Positions 1 through 7,675 of a DNA stretch of 64,000 nt are shown here, piece after piece. The notes under the pieces were generated by a model. The model was given only the letters and a program-made list of their open reading frames with translations, did no database searches and had not been told where the DNA came from. Origin of the DNA: an uncultured Trueperaceae bacterium (GTDB taxonomy: Bacteria; Deinococcota; Deinococci; Deinococcales; Trueperaceae). Both the position numbers and the translations under genes were made by a program. The stretch covers positions 34,177 to 98,176 of the forward strand of contig CAWFFU010000012.1 in assembly GCA_963815215.1 (NCBI GenBank), read 5' to 3'. Every line of letters starts with the position of its first letter. Position 1 is the first letter of the stretch.

Positions 1-59
1 CCTGCGCGTCGACCCCTGTGTCCACCAGAGGCGCATGTCCCTTGCGGCGATCGCCGGCA

Positions 60-1028
60 TCAGCGGGCCGCGGCGCCTCGAGCACGCGCGGGCGACGGCA
101 ACAGCTTGTCGAGCGCGGCCTCGAGCGTGCCCCACAGGAACGTGAATCCCTGTTCGTCCAGCCGCGCCGGCACCACCCGCGCACTCTGCAGCAGGACCCC
201 GTCGGCAAGCCGGCCGAGCACGAGCCGCAGCACCCAGGCGGGCGCCGGGAACCAGAACGGACGGCGCAGGCGCCGGGCGGCCTCCCGAGCCAGGTCGCGC
301 TGGCGCACGGCTTCGGGTGCGACGGCGTTGTACACCCCCTCGCACGACGGCTGCTCGATCACGAACAGGTAGGCGCGGGCCAGGTCGTCGGCGTCGATCC
401 ACGGGAGCCACTGCGTGCCCCGGCCCAGGCGCCCGCCGAAGCCCAGCTTGATGGGCATCAGCAGGCGTTGCCAGGCGGGCGCATCCTTGGCCAGCACCAC
501 GCCGGTGCGCAGCACGCACAGCCGGACGCGCGCCGCAGCCGGCGCCGCGGCGGCCTCGCTCGCCTCCGCCACCGGAGCGAGCAAGAAGGCCTCTCCCGGC
601 CCCGCGCCTTCGTCGAGCACCTCGTCGCCGCGCTGACCGTAGTACCCCGTCACCGAAGCCTGGACCAGCACCTCGGGCGGCCGTCGGCACCGTTGGAGCG
701 CAGTGACCAGGGTCGTTGCGCTGTCGACGCGGCTGCTCAGCAGTCGGTCCCTGTGGGCCGGTCCCAGGCGCCCGTCAGCGATCGAGGAGCCCGCCAGGTT
801 CACCACGGCAGCGGCTCCCTCCAGGGTGGACGTGAGCCGCGACAGCGCCTCCTCGTCCCCGGCGCGGGCCGCGTCCGGCCTCCAGGCCACCGGTGTGGCG
901 CCGGAAGGCTCGGGGCCGGTGACCTGACGCGTCAGCACGGTGACGTCGAAGCGTTCGCGGGCCGCGGTGACCAGATGGCGGCCGACCACGCCCGAGGCTC
1001 CGGCGATGACGATGCGGGAACGGGACAT
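60..1028 (-). CDS. SDR-fold NAD(P)-binding epimerase-like protein (YfcH/TIGR01777-like with DUF1731-like C-terminus)
   Basis: 322-aa ORF. It has the Rossmann motif VIAGASGVVGRHL at the N-terminus. The C-terminal ...VVPARLDEQGFTFLWGTLEAAL is typical of this family (from memory). Confidence 0.75.
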   Translation of the reverse strand: MSRSRIVIAGASGVVGRHLVTAARERFDVTVLTRQVTGPEPSGATPVAWRPDAARAGDEEALSRLTSTLEGAAAVVNLAGSSIADGRLGPAHRDRLLSSRVDSATTLVTALQRCRRPPEVLVQASVTGYYGQRGDEVLDEGAGPGEAFLLAPVAEASEAAAAPAAARVRLCVLRTGVVLAKDAPAWQRLLMPIKLGFGGRLGRGTQWLPWIDADDLARAYLFVIEQPSCEGVYNAVAPEAVRQRDLAREAARRLRRPFWFPAPAWVLRLVLGRLADGVLLQSARVVPARLDEQGFTFLWGTLEAALDKLLPSPARARGAAAR

Positions 1029-1034
1029 GCTCCC

Positions 1035-1043
1035 ACGCTAGCA
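1035..1043 (-). promoter_or_regulatory. extended -10 (TGC-TAGCGT), leaderless-type, for the 60-1028 gene
   Basis: The minus strand reads TGCTAGCGT, then 6 nt, then ATG (1028). Confidence 0.45.
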
Positions 1044-1203
1044 GGGGGACCTCGCCCAGGACCGTACGGCAGACGCTTGTCCCCGCCTCGCGGCGTCGTA
1101 CCGGCGCGGGAGAGAGGGTCCCGGCCACGCCCGCGGGGAGATTCGCTATGCTGGCGCCCAGCAACGTCACGTTCGAGCAGCAAGCACGCCTTGGAGGTGT
1201 TGT

Positions 1204-1359
1204 GTGTCCGACGACGAGCGAACCGCTCCGGAGTCCGGGAAGACGACTGCCGATGCGGCGTACAAACCCTACGGCGCCCTCTTCGTGACGATCGTCCTGG
1301 GGGCGGTCATCGTCGGCTTCTGGGCGCTGATGTTCGTGCTGGCACGGCTCCGGGGCTGA
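1204..1359 (+). CDS. cbaD: cytochrome ba3 oxidase subunit IIa-like small membrane protein (51 aa, absent from the ORF track)
   Basis: GTG start 6 nt after GGAGG (1193-1197). Translation: MSDDERTAPESGKTTADAAYKPYGALFVTIVLGAVIVGFWALMFVLARLRG. It has a single TM helix ending in ARLRG, like Thermus IIa (...VFWLGVYAVFFARG, from memory). It ends 4 nt before cbaB. Confidence 0.6.
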   Translation: MSDDERTAPESGKTTADAAYKPYGALFVTIVLGAVIVGFWALMFVLARLRG

Positions 1360-1363
1360 GGGT

Positions 1364-2347
1364 ATGGACGAGCGCCAACACCAGGTCATCGCGCGCTGGG
1401 AGCGGCGCTGGCTCGCGGCCGGAGTGGCCATGCTGGTGGTCTTCGTGGTGCTGATCGCCTACTCCCTGATCACGCAGGGCGGGCACATCGTGCACGGCGG
1501 GGGCAAGTTCGATCCCAACACCGTGCGGAACGTTCCGCTGTTCGCCTCGCCGGGGGTGCGCGAGCTCTCCAGCGGGGCCTTCCAGGTCAGCGTCGTAGCA
1601 CGCGCGTTCGCTTTCGACCCCGCAGACATCGTGCTCCCGGTCGGGGCCAGGACGCGCTTCTACCTCACCAGCGTGGACGTGCTCCACGGCTACCTGATCC
1701 AGGGCACGGCCGTGAACATCGAGCTGATCCCCGGTCAGCTCGCCTACTTCGACTTCACCTTCGCCCACCCGGGGACCTTCCACGTGGTGTGCGACGAGTA
1801 CTGTGGCATCAACCACCAGGACATGGTGGGCACCATCACCGTGCTTCCGGTGGCGGCGTACCGTCAGCGCCGGGCGGCCGGCAACCTGCCGGGGCACGTC
1901 GTCCCCCCCGCAGCGGCCGGGAGCGCTGCCGCAGCGGCGCAGGCCGCGGCCCCCGTCGACGGTCAGCAGGTCTTCGACGCCAACTGTGCCGCCTGCCATC
2001 AGCAGGATGGCCAGGGCCACCCGGGCGCCTTCCCGCCGCTGGCAGGGCACGCGCCGAAGCTCTACCTGGCCGACCGCGGCTACCCCGTCGACGTGCTCCT
2101 GTACGGTCTACAGGGTCCGATCACGGTGGCGGGGAAGGGCTACAACAACGTCATGCCCGGCTGGTCGCAGCTCTCCGACGCGCAACTGGCCGCCGTGGCG
2201 GACTACATGATGCGCGCCTGGGGCAACGACGCCGCTCTGGGACCTGACTACCAGCCCTACACCGCCAAGGATTTCGCGGACGCGCGCGCCGCCTCCAAGA
2301 GCGCCGCGGACGTGCACGCGCTGCGCGGAGAGCTGGGGTTGCCGTGA
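1364..2347 (+). CDS. cbaB: cytochrome c oxidase subunit II (ba3/B-family type) fused to a C-terminal mono-haem cytochrome c domain
   Basis: N-terminal TM helix and the CuA site H...CDEYCGINHQDM. An Ala/Pro linker follows, then the CAACH haem-c motif with a downstream Met (NVMPGW). Confidence 0.9.
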   Translation: MDERQHQVIARWERRWLAAGVAMLVVFVVLIAYSLITQGGHIVHGGGKFDPNTVRNVPLFASPGVRELSSGAFQVSVVARAFAFDPADIVLPVGARTRFYLTSVDVLHGYLIQGTAVNIELIPGQLAYFDFTFAHPGTFHVVCDEYCGINHQDMVGTITVLPVAAYRQRRAAGNLPGHVVPPAAAGSAAAAAQAAAPVDGQQVFDANCAACHQQDGQGHPGAFPPLAGHAPKLYLADRGYPVDVLLYGLQGPITVAGKGYNNVMPGWSQLSDAQLAAVADYMMRAWGNDAALGPDYQPYTAKDFADARAASKSAADVHALRGELGLP

Positions 2348-2393
2348 GCCGCGTCCCGTACGCCACCTCACACATGTCCGAAGGGAGCCAGGC

Positions 2394-4076
2394 ATGGCGG
2401 TAGGTACGTTCTCCACCTCGACGTCCGCCGCCGCCCGCTGGCGCCCCGAGAAGCGGGTGACGGGCGCGTTCCTGATCACCGGACTGATGGCGCTCCTGGT
2501 CGGCGCGCTGCTCGGCCCCTTCCAGGCCATGAACTACGGCGACGTCAACCTCTACCGCTATCTGCCGTTCCTCAAGTCGTACTACCAGGGACTCACCCTG
2601 CACGGCGTGCTGAACGTGTTGGTGTTCACCACCTTCTTCAACTGCGGGGTGCTCGTCTACTTCCCGGCGCGCGAGCTGGACGTGCGGCCCTCGATGGCGT
2701 GGTTGTGGAGCTCGTACGTGGTGATGATGGTGGGTCTGGCGCTGGCCGGGATCGCCATCATGTCGGACAGCTCGACCGTGCTCTACACCTTCTATCCGCC
2801 GTTGCAGGGGAGCTGGGGCTTCTACACCGGCCTCGCGCTGGTGGTGGTCGGGAGCCTCATGGTGGCCTTCGAGGTGGTGCGGCTGCGGGCCCGCTGGCGC
2901 CGCGACAACCCCGGCAAGGCCACGCCGATCGTCACCTTCATGTCGGTCACGACCATGCTGATGTGGGCGCTGGCGTCGGTCGGCATCGTCCTCGAGGTCG
3001 TGGTGTACCTGATCCCCTGGTCGGCAGGGTGGATCACCGGCGTCGATCCCGAGCTCGCGCGCACGCTGTTCTGGTTCACCGGTCACCCCATCGTGTACTT
3101 CTGGCTGCTGCCGGCGTACATCTCCTGGTACGCCTTCATCCCCAAGCAGGTCGGCGGGGAGCTCGTCTCCGATACGCTGACGCGGCTGGCGTTCCTGATG
3201 TTCATGCTGTTCAGCACGCCGGTCGGGTTCCATCACCAGTTCACCGACCCCGGCATCTCGGGCGGCTGGAAGCTCGTCCAGAACATCCTGACGTTCTTCG
3301 TGGTGGTCCCCAGCCTGCTCACGGCCTTCACCGTGACGGCGTCGATGGAGATCGGCGCGCGCCGCAAGGGGGGGCGAGGGATGCTCGGCTGGATCCGCAA
3401 GCTCCCCTGGGACGACGGCGGCTTCGTGGCCCAGGTGCTGGCGATGATCTCCTTCGTCTTCGGCGGCGCCGGCGGGATCGCCCTCGCCAGCTTCAACCTC
3501 AACGTGCTGGTCCACAACACCGCCTTCATCCCCGGCCACTTCCACATCACCGTCGGCACGGCCGTCACCCTCACCTTCTTCGGCATGACGTTCTGGCTCA
3601 TCCCGCACCTCACCGGCCGCCGGCTGTTCTCGCCGCGCCTGGCGTTGTGGTCGGCCTGGACCTGGTTCGTGGGGATGATGCTGTTCGCGGTCGGCATGCA
3701 CTGGGAAGGGTTGCTCGGCGTTCCGCGGCGCGCCTGGATCTCCAACATGAGCCCGGCGCTCCAAGGCTTCTACGATGGCGCCCGCGTGCCGGAGGTGATC
3801 ACGGCCGTCAGCGGGGTGATCCTGCTGCTGGCGGTGATCTTCTACTTCACGGTGCTCTTCGGTACGCTCTTCTCCGCGAAGCGCGTCGAGGAGGACAGTA
3901 TCGCCATCCCCTTCCCGGACCGCGAGCCGGCGCACGACGACCGCATGGTGCTGGCGCTCGACCGGCTCGGCCTGTGGTTCGTGCTCGCCGTCGCGATCGT
4001 GCTGGTCGCCTACCTCCCCACGCTGATCCACATGTTCACGACGCAGCTCGGGCTGCCCGGCGTGCGTCTGTGGTGA
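2394..4076 (+). CDS. cbaA: cytochrome ba3 oxidase subunit I
   Basis: 560 aa. It is collinear with Thermus thermophilus CbaA as I recall it (GPFQAMNYG..., SYYQGLTLHGVLN, TGHPIVYFWLLPAY, HNTAFIPGHFH, C-terminal ...PGVRLW). RBS GAAGGGAG. Confidence 0.95.
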   Translation: MAVGTFSTSTSAAARWRPEKRVTGAFLITGLMALLVGALLGPFQAMNYGDVNLYRYLPFLKSYYQGLTLHGVLNVLVFTTFFNCGVLVYFPARELDVRPSMAWLWSSYVVMMVGLALAGIAIMSDSSTVLYTFYPPLQGSWGFYTGLALVVVGSLMVAFEVVRLRARWRRDNPGKATPIVTFMSVTTMLMWALASVGIVLEVVVYLIPWSAGWITGVDPELARTLFWFTGHPIVYFWLLPAYISWYAFIPKQVGGELVSDTLTRLAFLMFMLFSTPVGFHHQFTDPGISGGWKLVQNILTFFVVVPSLLTAFTVTASMEIGARRKGGRGMLGWIRKLPWDDGGFVAQVLAMISFVFGGAGGIALASFNLNVLVHNTAFIPGHFHITVGTAVTLTFFGMTFWLIPHLTGRRLFSPRLALWSAWTWFVGMMLFAVGMHWEGLLGVPRRAWISNMSPALQGFYDGARVPEVITAVSGVILLLAVIFYFTVLFGTLFSAKRVEEDSIAIPFPDREPAHDDRMVLALDRLGLWFVLAVAIVLVAYLPTLIHMFTTQLGLPGVRLW

Positions 4077-4241
4077 GGGTGCCGGCGTCCGCCTGAACTC
4101 CGACAACGTTGTCCGGCATACCGACCGGGTTCGCGCAAGGACGCGCGCCCGCTGCCAAGGCCGGGTCGGCCGCATGATGGTGGAGGTGGGACGCGCCCCG
4201 ACGCACGCGGTGCGGGACGCGGACCCCGGAGAGGGGGAGCC

Positions 4242-4997
4242 ATGGCTCTCCTGGAAGGCAAGGTTGGACTGGTCACGGGTGCGTCGTCGGGCATCGGACG
4301 CGCGGTCGCCGAGACGTACGCCCGCGAAGGTGCGATGGTGCTGGTGTCTGACGTGGACGAGCGCGGAGGCGCGGAGACGGTCGAGCGCATCCGGGCGGCG
4401 GGGGGCGACGCCTTCTTCGAGACCGGCGACGTCGCCGACCCGGAGGTGGGCGAACGCCTGGTCGCGCGGGCCGTGGAGCGCTACGGTGCGCTCCACCTGG
4501 CCTGCAACAACGCCGGCATCGGCGGAGCGCAGGCACCGACGGCGGAGTACCCGGTCGAGGACTGGCGGAGGATCCTCGAGATCAACCTCTCGGGTGCGTT
4601 CTACGGCATGCGCGCGCAGATCCCCGCGATGCTCGACGCGGGCGGCGGCGCCATCGTGAACATGGCCTCGATCCTGGGCGCGGTCGGCTTCGCGAACTCG
4701 TCGGGCTACGTCGCTGCCAAGCACGGCCTGGTGGGGTTGACCAAGACCGCCGCCATGGAGTACGCCGCGCAGGGCGTGCGGGTCAACGCGGTGGGCCCCG
4801 GTTTCATCGATACCCCGTTGCTGGATCCCCTCAAGGCGGACCCGGCCGTGGTCGACCTGCTGGTGTCGCTCCACCCGATCGGCCGTCTCGGCACGGCCCA
4901 GGAGGTGGCCGACCTCGTCGCGTTCCTGTCGAGTGACAAGGCATCGTTCATCACCGGCGCCTACATGCCGGTGGACGGCGGTTACCTCACACGCTGA
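4242..4997 (+). CDS. short-chain dehydrogenase/reductase (classical SDR)
   Basis: TGASSGIGRA cofactor motif, NNAG, and the catalytic YVAAKHG (YxxxK). Confidence 0.85.
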   Translation: MALLEGKVGLVTGASSGIGRAVAETYAREGAMVLVSDVDERGGAETVERIRAAGGDAFFETGDVADPEVGERLVARAVERYGALHLACNNAGIGGAQAPTAEYPVEDWRRILEINLSGAFYGMRAQIPAMLDAGGGAIVNMASILGAVGFANSSGYVAAKHGLVGLTKTAAMEYAAQGVRVNAVGPGFIDTPLLDPLKADPAVVDLLVSLHPIGRLGTAQEVADLVAFLSSDKASFITGAYMPVDGGYLTR

Positions 4998-5014
4998 CGG
5001 AGCTCTTCCGCCTC

Positions 5015-5046
5015 ACCAGGACAGATGGACACCAGGACAGATGGAC
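5015..5046. repeat. 16-nt tandem direct repeat x2 (accaggacagatggac)
   Basis: Two exact adjacent copies lie in the convergent intergenic gap. The hairpin CCCGGGA-N8-TCCCGGG follows at 5056-5077. Confidence 0.9.
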
Positions 5047-5102
5047 GCCGGCGGGCCCGGGATGCGATCGTCCCGGGTCCGCCGGCTCGCTATGCGGGGG
5101 TC

Positions 5103-6671
5103 TCAGCCCTCGTCGCGCAGCGTGCGGCGCAGGATCTTGCCGGTGGCGTTCATGGGCAGCTCGCTGCGGAACTCGACGAGGCGCGGGTACTTGTAGGCCG
5201 CCATCTGCTCCCTGCTCCAGGTGATGAGGACGTCGGCGTCGAGGCTCTCCCCGTCGGCGAGCACCACGAAGGCCTTGATCTCCTCGCCGTGCTCGTCGTG
5301 GGGGACGCCCACCACGGCCGCCAGTGAGACGGCGGGGTGGGTCATCAGCACCTCCTCGACCTCGCGCGGGTAGACGTTGAAGCCGCCGCGCAGGATCATG
5401 TCCTTGAGCCGGTCGACGACGCTGAAGTAGCCGTCGGCATCGACCACGCCGATGTCGCCCGAGTGGAACCAGCCGCCGCGCAGCGCCTCGGCGCTGGCGT
5501 CGGGGCGCTTGTAGTAGCCCTTCATGACGTTGTGGCCGCGGATGACGATCTCCCCGGCCTCACCGACCGGGACGTCCCGGTCGTCCTCGTCCACCACCCG
5601 CATCTCACACCCGAAGATAGGCTGGCCGATGGTGCCGGGGCGGCGCTCCCGGTCGGCGTGGTTGAAGCTCGCCACCGGGCTGGTCTCCGACAGGCCGTAG
5701 CCCTCCATGATGCCGATGCCGTAGACCTCCTCGAAGCGTCGCAGGATCTCCACGGGCAGGGCGGCGCCGCCGCTGAGCGCGAACTCCAGGTGGGCTCGGA
5801 GCTGCTCCTTGCGGGCGTCGTCGAGGGTGGCGGCGGCGTTCAGGAGCGCCCAGTACATGGTGGGGACGCCTGCGAACACGGTGATGCGGTGCGCCAGCAT
5901 GATCTCCAGCGCCCGCCCGGGGTCGAAGCGGGGGAGCATGCTGATGCTGCCGCCGCCGTAGAACATGCTGTTCATGCCGACCGTCTGGCCGAAGGAGTGG
6001 AACAGGGGCAGGGCCATGAGGAAAGCGTGCTCCTCCGGCGGAAACCTCGAGGTATGCACCAGGCCGTTGCTGTGGATGGCGTTCATGACCATGTTGAGCT
6101 GGCTCAGCTCCGCACCCTTGGGCTGGCCGGTGGTACCCGAGGTGTAGAGGATGACCGCGGTGTCCAGCGCGCCACTGGGATGGATGTCGGTGAGCGGCTC
6201 CTGGCCGACGAGGATGGCGCCCAGCGTGGTGCCACCGTCGACGGGGGAGGGCGCCTTGGGGTCCGACGTCATCACCACCAGATGCCGGCAGGCGGGGGTC
6301 TCCTCGAACGCCTGAGCCCCCTCCCGGGCCATCGGCAGCTCCGGGGTGCCCTCGAACACGAAGTACGCGGCTGCATCGCTGTCGCGCAGATGGTAGCCGA
6401 TCTCGCGCGCCTTGAGCAGCACGTTCAGCGGGACCACCACGCAGCCGGCCTTGAGGATGCCGTAGTAGACGACCGGGAAGTACGGCAGGTTGGGGCAGGA
6501 CAGCGCCACCTTCTCGCCGGGCTCGACGCCGCGCGCGCGCAGGAAGCCGGCCACCCGGTCGCTCATGGCGTCGAGGGTGCCGTAGTCGAGGGTGGTGTCG
6601 CCCATCCTCACAGCCACCCGTTCGGGGTAATGGAGGGCGTGTTCGCGGACGAAGCGGCCGAGGTTCAGCAT
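5103..6671 (-). CDS. AMP-dependent acyl-CoA synthetase (long-chain-fatty-acid--CoA ligase-like)
   Basis: Motifs YTSGTTGQPKGA, EGYGLSETS, GWFHSGD and a C-terminal ...GKILRR. Confidence 0.85.
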   Translation of the reverse strand: MLNLGRFVREHALHYPERVAVRMGDTTLDYGTLDAMSDRVAGFLRARGVEPGEKVALSCPNLPYFPVVYYGILKAGCVVVPLNVLLKAREIGYHLRDSDAAAYFVFEGTPELPMAREGAQAFEETPACRHLVVMTSDPKAPSPVDGGTTLGAILVGQEPLTDIHPSGALDTAVILYTSGTTGQPKGAELSQLNMVMNAIHSNGLVHTSRFPPEEHAFLMALPLFHSFGQTVGMNSMFYGGGSISMLPRFDPGRALEIMLAHRITVFAGVPTMYWALLNAAATLDDARKEQLRAHLEFALSGGAALPVEILRRFEEVYGIGIMEGYGLSETSPVASFNHADRERRPGTIGQPIFGCEMRVVDEDDRDVPVGEAGEIVIRGHNVMKGYYKRPDASAEALRGGWFHSGDIGVVDADGYFSVVDRLKDMILRGGFNVYPREVEEVLMTHPAVSLAAVVGVPHDEHGEEIKAFVVLADGESLDADVLITWSREQMAAYKYPRLVEFRSELPMNATGKILRRTLRDEG

Positions 6672-6799
6672 GCTCTTCCCTTCCCGAGGCCGAGTTGTGG
6701 TTGCCGTTCACGATAGCAGAAGGACCACGCCGTGCCCGGCCCGGCCTGCACAGATGACGACACGCCGCCGAGGCCGGTCCGCCCGCGCAGGGTCCGACG

Positions 6800-7435
6800 T
6801 CACCAGGTGGCGAGCAGCAGCAGCGCGGCTGCCCGCTCGAGCTTGTTCACGGGATTGGGAGTGAGCTTCACCACCCCGTCGACGGCCTCGGCGATCAACT
6901 CCAGGTCGGCGCGGGGCGTGCCCTCGCCGGCCTCGATCTCGACCTCGTCGAAGTAGGCGCTGCGCTCGGCGCCGGGCGCGCGTGCGGACACGGCGTCGAA
7001 GGCGAGCTGGGCCACCTCGTTGCCGTCGCGCAGCAGCCGGAAGAGAACGCGCGTGGTGTCGAGCTCGACGCCGGGCCGTAGGGCCGCGGGCTCGACGAGC
7101 CCTTCGAGCCGCGCCAGGATGGCGTCGGGCCAGGCGGCGTCCGGGCCGGCGCCCGTTACGGGGAGCTCCAACTCGTCGCGCTCGTGCAGCGCGGCGTCGG
7201 TCGATCCGGCCGACTTGACCCCCGCCAGGGTGGTCCCGCCCAGGCGTCGCCTGCGCAGGGCGATGCCGGCCTGGCGCAGGTGCCCGGCGGGGTCGTCGTA
7301 GTAGAGATCGTGCAGCTCCTGCACGGGCGCGGCCACGGCCTCGAAGGGGGTGGCCGCGAGCGCGGCCCGGAGCTCGCTCAACGACGGCACGTAGGCGTCC
7401 AGCACCGAGAACTTGAGCTCGCGCTCGATGGGCAT
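6800..7435 (-). CDS. CYTH-domain protein (triphosphate tunnel metalloenzyme family)
   Basis: Starts MPIERELKF (ExExK signature) and contains a later FDEVEIE acidic motif. The start is set at 7435 by the leaderless -10. The 37 upstream codons of the ORF are Arg/Gly-rich. Confidence 0.75.
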   Translation of the reverse strand: MPIERELKFSVLDAYVPSLSELRAALAATPFEAVAAPVQELHDLYYDDPAGHLRQAGIALRRRRLGGTTLAGVKSAGSTDAALHERDELELPVTGAGPDAAWPDAILARLEGLVEPAALRPGVELDTTRVLFRLLRDGNEVAQLAFDAVSARAPGAERSAYFDEVEIEAGEGTPRADLELIAEAVDGVVKLTPNPVNKLERAAALLLLATW

Positions 7436-7440
7436 GACCG

Positions 7441-7446
7441 AGTCTA
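7441..7446 (-). promoter_or_regulatory. -10 TAGACT, leaderless-type, for the CYTH gene
   Basis: The minus strand reads TAGACT, then 5 nt, then ATG (7435). Confidence 0.45.
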
Positions 7447-7580
7447 CTTCGGGCCGGGCGGCGCCGGCCGCCCGGCCACCGCGGAGGGGTGGGCCGTCGG
7501 GCGCGCGCGAACGCCGGAAACTATCGTGCCCGACGTGTTGTCGCAAGGGGCAAGCGGCCCTTCGGGAGCGTACCGACCGG

Positions 7581-7589
7581 TGGTATACT
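7581..7589 (+). promoter_or_regulatory. extended -10 TGGTATACT upstream of the EF-G2-like gene
   Basis: A near-consensus TGnTAtAcT lies about 87 nt before the ATG at 7676. Confidence 0.45.
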
Positions 7590-7675
7590 CACCGAACCTA
7601 GGCAGCCGTGCCTGGCTTCATGGACCTCGTGCCCGTGTTCACCGCGCGTACCAGCACGAAAGGAAGCCGATTCCG

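Noticed and set aside
18-1454. 478-aa plus-strand ORF at the window start
   Set aside because: It is Arg/Gly/Pro-rich and lies antisense to the well-supported SDR-fold gene at 60-1028. It also runs across the cbaD/cbaB starts.
2151-4874. 907-aa ORF antisense to cbaA and the SDR gene
   Set aside because: It is Arg/His/Gly/Asp/Pro-rich and low-complexity, with no motifs. It lies opposite an unmistakable ba3 subunit I gene. This is the typical long spurious ORF of GC-rich DNA.
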